From: Spirochaetia bacterium
GTDB lineage: Bacteria > Spirochaetota > Spirochaetia > CAKZLE01
DNA: 64,000 bases
NCBI GenBank assembly: GCA_963677595.1
Contig: OY782041.1
Coordinates: 3,424,001 to 3,488,000, forward strand
Direction of reading: 5' to 3'
In this document: piece after piece, positions 38,219-48,500 of the stretch
Layout: each line of letters opens with the position of its first letter
Position numbering within the stretch: the stretch's first letter is position 1
The notes under the pieces: generated by a model
The model's input: only the letters and a program-made list of their open reading frames with translations
What the model was told of the DNA's origin: nothing
Databases searched by the model: none
Translations under genes and position numbers: made by a program

Positions 38219-38404
38219 GTGATTTCTCCTTAGCAATACTTCTTTGTATATCCTTCAGGAGGGGGAAAATCAATAGTGAACCCCCACCTCCTTTGGGAAT
38301 GTTTGTTCTCTGCTATTCATTACCTGTGGGCTTGTTGAATAAAGTCTCAGAACCTGCTACTGTGCACGGACTAAAACATTTCTAAAAAGGTCATCTATAG
38401 TAAC

Positions 38405-40060
38405 ATGAAACAACACAACAATTTTCTCTTCTCCATACAGATTTCAAAACCAAGGAATCTGAAGAACGATATCCTCTCAGGGCTTACAGTAGCCCTGGCT
38501 TTGGTTCCTGAAGCCATCGCCTTTGCCTTCATTCTCGGGATCGATCCGATCATCGGGCTGTATGCTGCATTCATCATGGGACTTGTAACGTCCCTCATCG
38601 GTGGACGTCCAGGTATGATCTCCGGTGCGACCGGGGCTGTTGCCGTGATCCTTGCTCCACTGGTTAGAGAGCAGGTTGCCCTTGGAGGTATGGCATCTGC
38701 GTTAGGCTATCTGTTTGCCGCAGTCGTACTGATGGGTGTGTTCCAGATCCTTTTCGGCATTCTCAAACTGGGGAAATTCATCCGTCTGGTGCCGCATTCG
38801 GTTATGTTGGGATTTGTGAATGGATTGGCCATCGTCATATTCCGCTCGCAGTTCGAGATGTTCGAACTGAGCCATCACATCCCGGCACAGGAGAAAACAC
38901 TGATTTGGACCGTGATGGGTATCCTGATCCTGGTTACCATGGCGATCAGTTTCTTTATGCCCAAGATAACCAAGGCTGTGCCTGCAACCCTGACGGCTCT
39001 GGTGGTTGTAAGCCTGATAAGCCTCCTGCTGAACCATCTGGAGATCGTGGAAGTTGCTACCGTGCTGGACTTTGTCCAGAGTAAGGATCCCGCGAAGCTG
39101 ACTCTGGCTGCGACGCTCCCGCATTTCGCGATCCCGCAGATCCCCTTTACCTTTGAAGCCTTCAGGACCATCCTCCCATATTCGATCCTGGCAGCTTCTG
39201 TCGGGCTGATCGAGTCCCTGATGACGCTGACGCTGCTCGATGAGCTGACTGAGACACGTGGATTCGGCAATCAGGAATGTGTCGGCCAGGGAATCGCCAA
39301 TATCGTGAACGGCTTCTTCGGCGGCATGGGTGGCTGTGCTATGATTGGCCAGAGTGTCATCAACATCAGGGCTGGTGGGCGGGGGAGAACCTCAGGAATC
39401 GTCGCAGCAGTGGCACTGCTGGGATTCATCCTCTTCGGTGCGCCCATGATCGAACAGATCCCGCTAGCCGCCTTGGTAGGGGTGATGTTCATGGTCGTCA
39501 TCGGGACGTTCGAATGGTCCAGTTTTCGTGTGATGAAGAGCATCCCCCGTTCAGATGCCCTGGTCATCGTGGTCGTATCAATCATCACGGTGGTAACCAA
39601 CCTCGCCATCGCTGTGGCGGTAGGCGTGGTATTCTCTGCACTGGTCTTTGCCTGGGAAAAGGGCAAGAAGATGGAAGCCTCTCCGAATATCGATCAGTTT
39701 GGTTCCAGGATCTATCCATTGGAAGGAGCACTGTTCTTTGGGTCTGTCCAATCTTTCAAAGATCTCTTTGATTATGAGCACGACCCCCTCGATATTATCA
39801 TCGATTTTGATCAAGCCCATGTGCATGATCACTCAGGGCTGGAAGCTATCAACTTCGTCACTGAGAAATACGGACAGCAGGGGAAGAAGCTTCATCTTCT
39901 GAACCTGAGTGATGAATGTCGGAAGCTGTTGAGAAAGGCAGAGCATATCGTGGAGGTGACCATCATCGAAGGGGCACATTACCAATTAGCCGATGACCAG
40001 CTAGCCTGGCAGGGACTGCGTCTGAAAGAGAGACTGAAGAGGGCTAAGGCCGCCCTCTAG
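38405..40060 (+). CDS. SulP/SLC26 family anion transporter with STAS domain
   Basis: GLTVALALVPEAIAF, GGRPGMISGATG, GMGGCAMIGQS, STAS motif GALFFGS...DHSGLEAI. Confidence 0.93.
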   Translation: MKQHNNFLFSIQISKPRNLKNDILSGLTVALALVPEAIAFAFILGIDPIIGLYAAFIMGLVTSLIGGRPGMISGATGAVAVILAPLVREQVALGGMASALGYLFAAVVLMGVFQILFGILKLGKFIRLVPHSVMLGFVNGLAIVIFRSQFEMFELSHHIPAQEKTLIWTVMGILILVTMAISFFMPKITKAVPATLTALVVVSLISLLLNHLEIVEVATVLDFVQSKDPAKLTLAATLPHFAIPQIPFTFEAFRTILPYSILAASVGLIESLMTLTLLDELTETRGFGNQECVGQGIANIVNGFFGGMGGCAMIGQSVINIRAGGRGRTSGIVAAVALLGFILFGAPMIEQIPLAALVGVMFMVVIGTFEWSSFRVMKSIPRSDALVIVVVSIITVVTNLAIAVAVGVVFSALVFAWEKGKKMEASPNIDQFGSRIYPLEGALFFGSVQSFKDLFDYEHDPLDIIIDFDQAHVHDHSGLEAINFVTEKYGQQGKKLHLLNLSDECRKLLRKAEHIVEVTIIEGAHYQLADDQLAWQGLRLKERLKRAKAAL

Positions 40061-40105
40061 TCTTGGGACTGATCGGTTGATCGGTTCGATGTCTCAGAGC
40101 CAAAT

Positions 40106-40136
40106 AAAAAGCAACGGGTAAGACCGTTGCTTTTTT
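40106..40136. terminator. Bidirectional rho-independent terminator (intron target)
   Basis: AAAAA-GCAACGG-gtaaga-CCGTTGC-TTTTTT. Confidence 0.9.
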
Positions 40137-40140
40137 CATA

Positions 40141-42058
40141 GTGCGCTCGGTATGAACATTTTCTAAAGGGTGAAAGTCCCAAGTACGGGTGATAGCGCCA
40201 AGTACATAGCCAAGGGCAAGGGTGTCCTCCGTGAGGGGGAATCTGAAGAAAGCTGGAGGCAAACTTCTGGCCTGACGAACAGAAATCCCATAAGGCATTT
40301 CCCGGTGGATAAGGTTGCTGTACAAACCGAAGTCCAAAGGCTATACGGAACCGGGAGTGTAGATGGGGCAGGTGGATGGAAGGAAAGAGGATGTTCTTAC
40401 CCGAGGAGGTCTTGCAGATGAGCCTAGGCTATCAACGCCAAAGATGGCAAAAGCCCTGAATATACAAGAATAGGGGCCAGTCACTGCAAGAAGTCAGATG
40501 AAAGCATAGTAGGGGGAAACCCTGAAGGCCGGAACGTCAGGAGGGACGTAGTAAATGAAAGATACCTTGCCTGTCAAGGACGGCAGAACCTGTACACGTA
40601 GTGGTGGCAGACCCGGGACACTGGAAGCACGGAATGTGGAAGGTGGACAGGGGGAGCCGAGAGGGTGTGGGATGTCTGAAAACAACACGACCGACGCAAA
40701 ACGAACGGATTTGCTGGAAAGGATACTGGACAGCCGGAATCTCCAAAGGGCATACGACAGAGTATGCTCAAACAAGGGGAGCGCAGGGGTGGACGGTATC
40801 GGGACGGATGGGCTGCTCAGCCAGATAACGGCGATGGGGCTCGAAAATCTCAAGGGGCAGATCCGGGAGGGGAAGTACCGTCCCAAACCAGTCCTAAGGG
40901 TAGAGATACCTAAGGAAGGGGGCAAGACGAGAAACCTTGGAATCCCAAGGGTCATGGACAGGATGGTGCAACAAGCCATCGCCCAGGTGCTGTCCGAAAT
41001 CTATGAACCCGAATTCAGTGAACACAGCTATGGATTCCGACCCGCAAGGGGTGCCCATGATGCACTGAGGCAATGCCTCAAGCATGCGAACGAGGGGTAC
41101 TACTGGGTGGTAGACATGGACTTGGAGAGGTTCTTCGACACGGTAAACCATTCGAAGCTCATCCAAGTGCTCAGCGAGAAGGTGAAGGATGGAAGGGTGG
41201 TATCACTCATCCACCGGTTCCTGAGGGCTGGGGTTGTCGTGAACGGAATGTACCAGAAAACCGAGGAGGGTTGTCCACAAGGAGGCAATTTGAGCCCAAT
41301 CCTTGCGAACATCCTGCTGAGTGAATGCGACCATGAGCTTGAGCGGAGAGGGCACAAGTTTGTCCGTTACGCCGATGACATGGTCATCTCATGTACCAGC
41401 CGGAAGGGAGCGGAAAGGACACTCGAAAGCACTGCCAGATATCTTGAGAACAAGCTCAAGCTGAAAGTGAACCGCGATAAGACCTGCATCTCCAAAATCG
41501 GGGGCATCAAGTTCCTTGGCTATGGATTCTTCTTTGACTGCAAAGGCAAGAAGTGGGACTTTCGGCTCCATGAGAAGACGGAAGCAAAGCTAAAGGCCAA
41601 GGTGAAGGAGATTACACAGCGAAGCAATGGATGGTCGGTGGCATACCGGCAGACCAAGCTGAACCATCTTATCAGAGGATGGATAGGGTACTTCAAGCTA
41701 GCCAGATGCAAATCGAAGCTGGCAGAACTGGACCAATGGCTGAGGAAACGTGTGAGGATGCTGTACTGGAAGATGTGGAAGCGGGTTAGGACTCGGTATC
41801 GGAGACTTCTGAAACTTGGTGTCGACAAACAGAAAGCCTACGAATGGGCTAACTCCAGATTAGGATATTGGAGGGTGGCCGGCTCGTGGATACTTTCTAC
41901 GACGCTGAACAACAAGAAACTCTATTCCATGGGATGGCGATGGTTCTCTGGCATATATGCCCGAGAGTGCGTAAAATGACGAGGAGCCGTATACTGAACA
42001 GTACGTACGGTTCTGTGGGAGGTCGGATGAGCCATTAAGGCTCATCCTCCTACCCGAT
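40141..42058 (+). mobile_element. Group II intron, class C (IIC) type, apparently full length
   Basis: 5' GTGCG lies 4 nt after the terminator U-tract. Short domain V GAGCCGTATACTGAACAGTACGTACGGTTC, domain VI hairpin, 3' end CTACCCGAT. Confidence 0.93.
40555..41979 (+). CDS. ltrA: Group II intron reverse transcriptase/maturase without an endonuclease domain
   Basis: NKGSAGVDG, RVEIPK, LGIP...DR, SYGFRP, DMDLERFFD, PQGGNLSP, RYADD, FLGY, X domain GWIGYF. Alternative start at 40672. Confidence 0.95.
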   Translation: MKDTLPVKDGRTCTRSGGRPGTLEARNVEGGQGEPRGCGMSENNTTDAKRTDLLERILDSRNLQRAYDRVCSNKGSAGVDGIGTDGLLSQITAMGLENLKGQIREGKYRPKPVLRVEIPKEGGKTRNLGIPRVMDRMVQQAIAQVLSEIYEPEFSEHSYGFRPARGAHDALRQCLKHANEGYYWVVDMDLERFFDTVNHSKLIQVLSEKVKDGRVVSLIHRFLRAGVVVNGMYQKTEEGCPQGGNLSPILANILLSECDHELERRGHKFVRYADDMVISCTSRKGAERTLESTARYLENKLKLKVNRDKTCISKIGGIKFLGYGFFFDCKGKKWDFRLHEKTEAKLKAKVKEITQRSNGWSVAYRQTKLNHLIRGWIGYFKLARCKSKLAELDQWLRKRVRMLYWKMWKRVRTRYRRLLKLGVDKQKAYEWANSRLGYWRVAGSWILSTTLNNKKLYSMGWRWFSGIYARECVK

Positions 42059-42070
42059 CTATTGGCAATT

Positions 42071-42144
42071 TCGGGCTGGGCGGATTTGAACCGCCGACCC
42101 CATGTCCCCCAGACATGTACGCTAAACCCCTGCGCTACAGCCCG
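42071..42144 (-). tRNA. tRNA-Pro(GGG), CCA not encoded
   Basis: Reverse complement CGGGCTGTAGCGCAGGGGTTTAGCGTACATGTCTGGGGGACATGGGGTCGGCGGTTCAAATCCGCCCAGCCCGA: acceptor stem, anticodon arm CATGT-CTGGGGG-ACATG, T-loop GTTCAAATC. Confidence 0.95.
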
Positions 42145-42187
42145 CTTTTTATCGCTTGGAAAACGTACCATGAATCAATGGTCTCTG

Positions 42188-43570
42188 TCAACGAGGTTGG
42201 CTGGAAAAACCAGCGGGGAAAACAAGCCGTTCGACCTCTTCGACCAGATAGAGGGGCAGCGTATACAGGGTATAGCGGTAATCCGATCCAGGCAGGGAAG
42301 ATGAGACCTGTTCTATGATGGGTGTATGGGTGGAGAACCTGACAGCTGTCTCGAGTCGTTTCTGTTCCATGAAGAGGTGCAGGGACCGCAGCCGCCCAGT
42401 CGGTCCAGATTTGACCTCGATGGGCAGGAGTGTGTTCCCTGACTGGATGATATAATCCAGTTCGGCACTCGATCGAGCCTTTTCCCGGGCCCAATAATAG
42501 AGCTGAGGCCGTATATACGGGGGCTGGAGCATGAGCAGATGCTGCCCGATGAACTGTTCTGCAAGAACTCCCTGGTTTGAAAACAGGAGATCCTCATTGA
42601 TTCGCAGCGCAGCAAGCGATAACCCGTTCAGGGCCTGCAGCAATCCTATATCAAGTAAGAGTCCCTTAGCCCGTTTACGGTTCATCTCGGCTGCCAGGGG
42701 TATCCCTTTCGCGCTGCTGTGATAGACTGGAGAGAACACCTGGGCCTGAGTCATCATAGTAAGGATCTTCTTAGTCCTCTCGATCTTCGCCCCAGGCAAG
42801 AGGGAAGTGTAGACGACCTTCTTCCCTACAGTCCCTCCCAGCCTGCCGAAAACCTCCTGTATCATCTTGATTGCAACTCTTCCATGGTACTTATGGAAAT
42901 CCTCCCTGAAGGTTTGAATGATGGAGTACTTGACTGCATCAGCTTCCTTCAGGGAGTTCTCGGCAAGGTATGTCTGGATGACTTGAGGCATGCCCCCAAG
43001 CAGCATATAGGTCCTTACGTACTCCATGGCTTTCAGGTGGACAGCTTCCGGTATCGGCCCATCTGAGAGCTTATACTGCTGCAGGAAGGCCAGTAGCTGG
43101 TGGCGTCCCATAGCTGATAGGAACTCCTCGAAGGACAACGGACCCATATAGCAGAACTCGATACGGCCGACCGGGACAGCATGGGTGAACTCCTCCAATG
43201 CGAATTCCAGCAGGGACCCCGCAGCAATGACCGGGATCTCAGGTAAGCGTTCAAAGAAGTATCTCAGAAGGGAGATCACCTGTGGGGCAGCCTGTATCTC
43301 ATCAAGGAACAGCAGGGTGTTTGCCGTGATCTTCAAGTCGTGTACCAGTTCAAGTGTCTGGATGACAGACTTGACATCAGGTGAAGAAAAGATTTCATGG
43401 ATGGCATGATCTTCCTCAAAGTTCAGTTCCAGGAGGTCAAGCCCCTGGTTTTCAGCGAACTGCCTGACAAGCGTCGTCTTCCCGACCTGTCTTGCCCCGC
43501 GAAGGATCAAGGGTTTCCTGTTTACGCGATTGTACCACTCTTCCAGATACGACTCATACGTTCTTTTCAT
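42188..43570 (-). CDS. AAA_14 ATPase with DUF4143 / PD-(D/E)xK C-terminal domain
   Basis: Walker A GARQVGKT, Walker B LFLDEIQ, AAGSLL, GGMP, ELDYI...PIEVKSG. Confidence 0.92.
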   Translation of the reverse strand: MKRTYESYLEEWYNRVNRKPLILRGARQVGKTTLVRQFAENQGLDLLELNFEEDHAIHEIFSSPDVKSVIQTLELVHDLKITANTLLFLDEIQAAPQVISLLRYFFERLPEIPVIAAGSLLEFALEEFTHAVPVGRIEFCYMGPLSFEEFLSAMGRHQLLAFLQQYKLSDGPIPEAVHLKAMEYVRTYMLLGGMPQVIQTYLAENSLKEADAVKYSIIQTFREDFHKYHGRVAIKMIQEVFGRLGGTVGKKVVYTSLLPGAKIERTKKILTMMTQAQVFSPVYHSSAKGIPLAAEMNRKRAKGLLLDIGLLQALNGLSLAALRINEDLLFSNQGVLAEQFIGQHLLMLQPPYIRPQLYYWAREKARSSAELDYIIQSGNTLLPIEVKSGPTGRLRSLHLFMEQKRLETAVRFSTHTPIIEQVSSSLPGSDYRYTLYTLPLYLVEEVERLVFPAGFSSQPR

Positions 43571-43590
43571 AGAATCAGTATATCATAAAA

Positions 43591-43700
43591 AGGTATAAAA
43601 ATAAGGGTAACTTTCTTACTAGATGGTATAAAAGTATGGGTAACTTTTACCTGTAACAGGTGAAAAGTAGGGGTTATTACACTTCTGCGGTGAAAAGTGC
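43591..43700. repeat. Degenerate tandem repeats with a ~30-34 bp period upstream of the AAA/DUF4143 gene
   Basis: GGT(AT/G)AAAA...GGGT(A/T)A units start at 43592, 43625, 43659 and 43689 (last one partial). Confidence 0.7.
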
Positions 43701-43727
43701 AGGAGCCGGGAGTGTTCCGGCTCCTGC
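43699..43727 (-). terminator. Hairpin after the hydrogenase operon
   Basis: GCAGGAGCCGG...CCGGCTCCTGC. Confidence 0.7.
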
Positions 43728-43742
43728 GGGAGAGAGATACTG

Positions 43743-45521
43743 TCAACCTGAGACTTTCTCGCGCTCCCTGTATTCTGTATGGAGCAGTTCGTGCGAGAGG
43801 TGGCTCAGGGGGGCTTTGAGGAACTCCTGGTAGATCGTCTCCACTGCCGGGTTCTCGTGGGACTGGCGCAGTGCCTTTCCCTCATCCTCGGCGTAGATCG
43901 CGGCGATCCTCGATTCCCGGATGCTGTTGTCAGTGAAGCGCGGCTGTCCGCCGCCCCCGATGCAGCCGCCTGGGCAGGTCATGACCTCGACGAAGAGGAA
44001 CTCGTCAGGGTTTTCCCTGATCCGATCCATGAGTTTCGAGGCATTCCCCAACCCATGGGAGACTGCCACCTTCACTTCAGCACCTTCTAAGAACTTCCAA
44101 TCCTCCACCAGGCCCTCAAGTACCACCGAAGCAGTCTTGATACCTTCGAGTCCTGCTAACGGCTGGATGTGAAGGTCTGCCATGGGGAGGTTTCGCCCCG
44201 TGGTGACGGCATAGACCGTCCTCAAGGCAGCTTCCATGACACCGCCGGTATTGGCGAAGATATCTGCCGCCCCGGTCGAGATGCCGAGCGGGTTGTCCAT
44301 CACGCCGTCTGTAAGGGTGAGGAAGTCGAGGCCAGACATCTTGATCAGCCTGCCGAGCTCCCGGGTCGTAAGGACGTAGTCCACGTCCCGGACCCCGCTT
44401 GCGTTCATCTCATCCCGCTGTGCCTCGAACTTCTTGGCTGTGCACGGCATGACCGAGACGACCGTCATGTCTTCCGGCCTAATGCCCATCTTCTGGGCAT
44501 AATAGGTCTTGGCTACCGCTCCGAACATCTGCTGCGGTGACTTGCAACTCGAGATGTTGGGCAGCATGTCCGGGTAGTTATATTCAGCGAACTTGATCCA
44601 GCCTGGTGAGCAGCTGGTGAACTGGGGCAGGGCGACCTCCTGACCATTCACGAACTTGTTCCGTAACCTGGTCAGCAGTTCTGTCCCCTCCTCCATGATC
44701 GTGAGGTCAGCGGTGAAGTTGGTGTCGAACACCCCGTCGAAGCCAAGCTCCCTCAAAGCCGTGACCATTTTCCCGGTCACGAGGGTGCCCGGGGGCATGC
44801 CGAAGCTCTCCCCGAGTGCTGCCCTGATCGCCGGGGCGGTCTGGACGACCACATGTTTACCCGGGTCATCAAGGGCTGTAAGGACATTGTCGATGTGTGA
44901 ACGTTCGACGATGGCGCCGACCGGGCAGACAGCGGCACACTGGCCGCACTGGACGCAGGCTACCGTGTCGAGCGGTGAGGTGAATGCCGGGCCTATGGTT
45001 GTTTCGTAGCCGCGGAATTGCGGGAAGAGCGCGCCTACGTTCTGTACCTCGTTGCAGATCTGCACGCACCTGCGGCACTTGATGCACTTCCCAGCATTCC
45101 GGTAGAGCGCCGGGGTGGAGTAGTCCATGTAATGGAGAGTCTTCTCACCCTCGTACCGTATGGTTGTGATCCCGAGTTCCTGGGCAAGTGCCCGAAGCTC
45201 GCAGTCATCGGAACGGTCGCAGGTGATGCAGTCCCCATCGTGCTCACTCAGCAGGAGCTCGACGACCGTCCTTCTCGCCTCACGGACCCTCCGGTTGTTC
45301 GTATGGATGACCATCCCGTCCCGGATCGGGGTCGAGCAGGAGGCGGCCAGGTTCGCCTGGCCCTCGATCTCCACCACACAGACCCTGCAGGCCCCTGTCG
45401 GTTTCAGGCTCTCGAGGAAGCAGAGGGTAGGTATATGGATGCCGAGTTCCTTGGCTGCAGTCAGGATCATCGTACCTGCCGGCAGGGTGGCTTGTTTTCC
45501 GTTGATGGTAACACTATGCAT
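43743..45521 (-). CDS. hydA: [FeFe]-hydrogenase catalytic subunit, group A (M3 architecture)
   Basis: H-cluster motifs TSCSPGW, MPCTAKKFE and EVMTCPGGCIGGGGQP; N-terminal 2Fe-2S, HxxxCxxC and two 4Fe-4S motifs. Confidence 0.97.
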   Translation of the reverse strand: MHSVTINGKQATLPAGTMILTAAKELGIHIPTLCFLESLKPTGACRVCVVEIEGQANLAASCSTPIRDGMVIHTNNRRVREARRTVVELLLSEHDGDCITCDRSDDCELRALAQELGITTIRYEGEKTLHYMDYSTPALYRNAGKCIKCRRCVQICNEVQNVGALFPQFRGYETTIGPAFTSPLDTVACVQCGQCAAVCPVGAIVERSHIDNVLTALDDPGKHVVVQTAPAIRAALGESFGMPPGTLVTGKMVTALRELGFDGVFDTNFTADLTIMEEGTELLTRLRNKFVNGQEVALPQFTSCSPGWIKFAEYNYPDMLPNISSCKSPQQMFGAVAKTYYAQKMGIRPEDMTVVSVMPCTAKKFEAQRDEMNASGVRDVDYVLTTRELGRLIKMSGLDFLTLTDGVMDNPLGISTGAADIFANTGGVMEAALRTVYAVTTGRNLPMADLHIQPLAGLEGIKTASVVLEGLVEDWKFLEGAEVKVAVSHGLGNASKLMDRIRENPDEFLFVEVMTCPGGCIGGGGQPRFTDNSIRESRIAAIYAEDEGKALRQSHENPAVETIYQEFLKAPLSHLSHELLHTEYREREKVSG

Positions 45522-48500
45522 GAGCGTCCTCCTTCTTCTCTTCTCGAATGTGCTTCCCGTAGTCGCAGCGCAGGCAGCGATGTGCCTGCCTCCTGGCTAC
45601 CGGTTCGCTCCAGGGGAGTTCCACCTCCTCGAAGTTGTTCCTCCTCCTCTCTATGGAGATCTGGTTGACCTGCTCCCGCATCTCGGGGCTCGGGTCTGCA
45701 TCGGGGTCATAGGAGGTCTCAGTAGCCTTCTCATACCGCCAGAAGGCATGGTTCTCACCGGTTAGGTATGCATCGATCCCTGCTGCGCACCGTTCACCTG
45801 CGGCAACCGCATCGATGACGGAAGCGGGACCTGAGCTGCAGTCCCCGCCGCAGAAGACCTTGTCGATCGAGGTCGCCCCGGTCGCCAGGTCGGTATAGAT
45901 GAACCTGCGGTCATTCATGGTGAGCTCCACATTCCCAAGCTGTCCCGAGAGATCGAGTCGCTGCCCGATCGCCATGATCACCTGGTCCGCCTTGATGGTG
46001 AACCGTTCCTGCTTCTCAGCCTGGGGCCGTCTTCGTCCTGAGGCATCGAAACCACCAAGGTGCATCCTCAGGCACGTGACTCCTGAGACTGCCCCGTCCT
46101 CATCCTTCTCGATCGCTACCGGCTGGATGAGGCAGGAGATGGAGACACCCTCCTGGAGTGCCTCGGAGATCTCCTCCTCATAGGCGGGCATCTCCTCCCT
46201 GGTCCTCCGGTAGATGATCTCCACCTTCTCAGCACCGAGCCGCAGGGCGGTTCGTGCGGCGTCCACTGCGGCGTTCCCGCCGCCGATGACTGCCACATGC
46301 TTCCCCACCTGGACCGAACCGCGGATGTTGTACCGCTGGAGGAAGGGGACTGCCTGGATCACACCTTCAGCATCCTCTCCAGGCAGGCCGATGGAGAGTG
46401 AGTCAGGAGCACCGACTGCGATGCAGACTGCCTCGTTTCCCTCCTCAAGCAGGGACTCGAGGGTGAAGTCACGCCCCATACGCTTCTCGGTGATGATCTG
46501 CACGCCCATGTTCTCGATCATACGAATCTCACGGGCGATGGTCTCGCGCGGCAGTCGGTAAGCCGGGATAGTCTGTACGAGCATACCCCCGGGCCTTGAG
46601 GCGGCTTCGAGTACGGTCGGCCGGTAGCCGAGCCTGGCAAGGAAATAGGCGCAGGAGAGACCGGCAGGTCCTGCTCCGACGATGGTGACCTTCTTCTTGG
46701 CGTTGACCGCATTCTCCCTGACCTCAGGAATCTGGACGGTCACCTCCTGGTCTACCATGAACCTCTTGATCGAGCGGATAGCGACAGAATCATCCGTGCT
46801 GCAGCGCCTGCACATCTCCTCGCAGGTATGGAAGCAGACCCGTGCGCAGATGGCGGCAAAGGGGTTGCGTTCTCGATGGAGTTTGAGTGCTTCCGCATAC
46901 CGTCCCTCCCCGACGAGGGCCACAAATCCCGGGATGTCCACCGATGCGGGGCATGCGCTCTGGCAGGGGGCTCTGACCAGACCCGGGCAGACACCGGCCT
47001 CGCAGTGCTTGTCCCTGATGTGTGCCTCGTACTCGTGGCGGAAGTGGCGGATGGTCGAGAGCACCGGATTGGGAGCAGTCTGCCCGAGACCGCAGAGAGC
47101 GGTCTGCTTGATCTGGGTGCCGAGCTCGATGAGCTTCTCGATGTCACCGGGGACGCCTTCCCCGCCGCAGATGCGGGTGAGGATCTCGAGCATCCGCTTC
47201 GTCCCGACTCGACAGGGGACACACTTGCCGCATGACTCCTCCTGGACGAACTCCAGGAAGTAGCGTGCGACATCTACCATGCAGGAGGTATCATCGAGGA
47301 TGATCATCCCGCCAGATCCCATGATCGCGCCGAGCTCCTTGAGGTCGTCGTAATCGAGGGGGACTGACAGGTACTCCTTAGGGATGCAGCCGCCTGACGG
47401 GCCGCCGATCTGGGCGGCCTTGAAAGCCCTGTTCCCCTTGATGCCGCCCCCGATATCGAAGATGACGTCCCCGAGCGGGGTCCCGATGGGGATCTCGACA
47501 AGGCCGGTCGTGTTCACTGCGCCTGCAAGGGCGAAGACCTTCGTCCCCTTGCTCTTCTCGGAGCCGAACGAGCTGTACCAGTCAGCGGAATTGAGGATGA
47601 TCGCGGCGACATTGGCATAGGTCTCCACATTGTTGAGCAGGGTCGGCTTGCCCCAGAGCCCCTGGTGGGCGGGGAAGGGCGGCCGTGGTCTTGGTTCGCC
47701 CCGCTTCCCCTCGATGGAGTGGATCAGTGCTGTCTCCTCGCCGCAGACGAAGGCGCCTGAACCCATCCTGATCTCGAGGTCGAAGGAGAACTCCGTCCCC
47801 CCGATCGACTCCCCGAGCAGATTCATCTGTCGTGCCTCTTCTATGGCATGCTGGAGCCGTGCCACTGCCAACGGGTACTCGGCCCGTACGTAGACATAGC
47901 CCTGGTCTGCCCCGATGGTATAGGCGGCGATCGCCATCCCCTCGATGATGCTGTGGGGATCCCCCTCGAGGACGCTCCGGTCCATGAATGCACCCGGGTC
48001 ACCCTCATCGGCATTGCAGAGGACGTATTTATGATCGTCATGGACCTCCTGGGTGAACTTCCATTTCAGCCAGGTCGGGAAGCCGGCGCCGCCCCGTCCG
48101 CGGAGGCCGGAGAGCCTCATATCTTCGATGATCATCTGGCTGTCCATCTCGGTGAGTGCTTTTGCCAGGGCGCGGTAACCGCCCTTCGCTATATACGCCC
48201 TGATATCCATGGGGTCGATCTTCCCGCAGTTTCGCAGGACGATCCGCTGCTGCGGGGAGAGGAACTCAGAATCGGACTCATCAAGGAGGGGAAGGTCCGA
48301 CCCCTCATTGGTGATGAGCAGGGATAGTACCGGTTCATCGCCGATGAGGTGGCTCGAGACGATCCGCTCGACCTTGTCTGGGGTGATGTCCTGGTAGATC
48401 GTGCCTTCCGGCATGACCCGTACGACCGGCCCGAGGGAACAGGGACCCATGCATCCCGTGCCGATGACGGGGATGGCGAGGTTGTGCATGTCGATCGACT

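Noticed and set aside
40555-41979. Reverse transcriptase as a retron, DGR or defence RT
   Set aside because: The GTGCG 5' end, domains V and VI, and the maturase X domain identify a group II intron.
37531-42144. Island integrated at the tRNA-Pro 3' end
   Set aside because: I found no duplicated tRNA 3' fragment and no integrase in the window.
43591-43700. Possible CRISPR mini-array
   Set aside because: The units are degenerate and contiguous with no unique spacers, and there are no cas genes. No CRISPR array was seen anywhere in the window.
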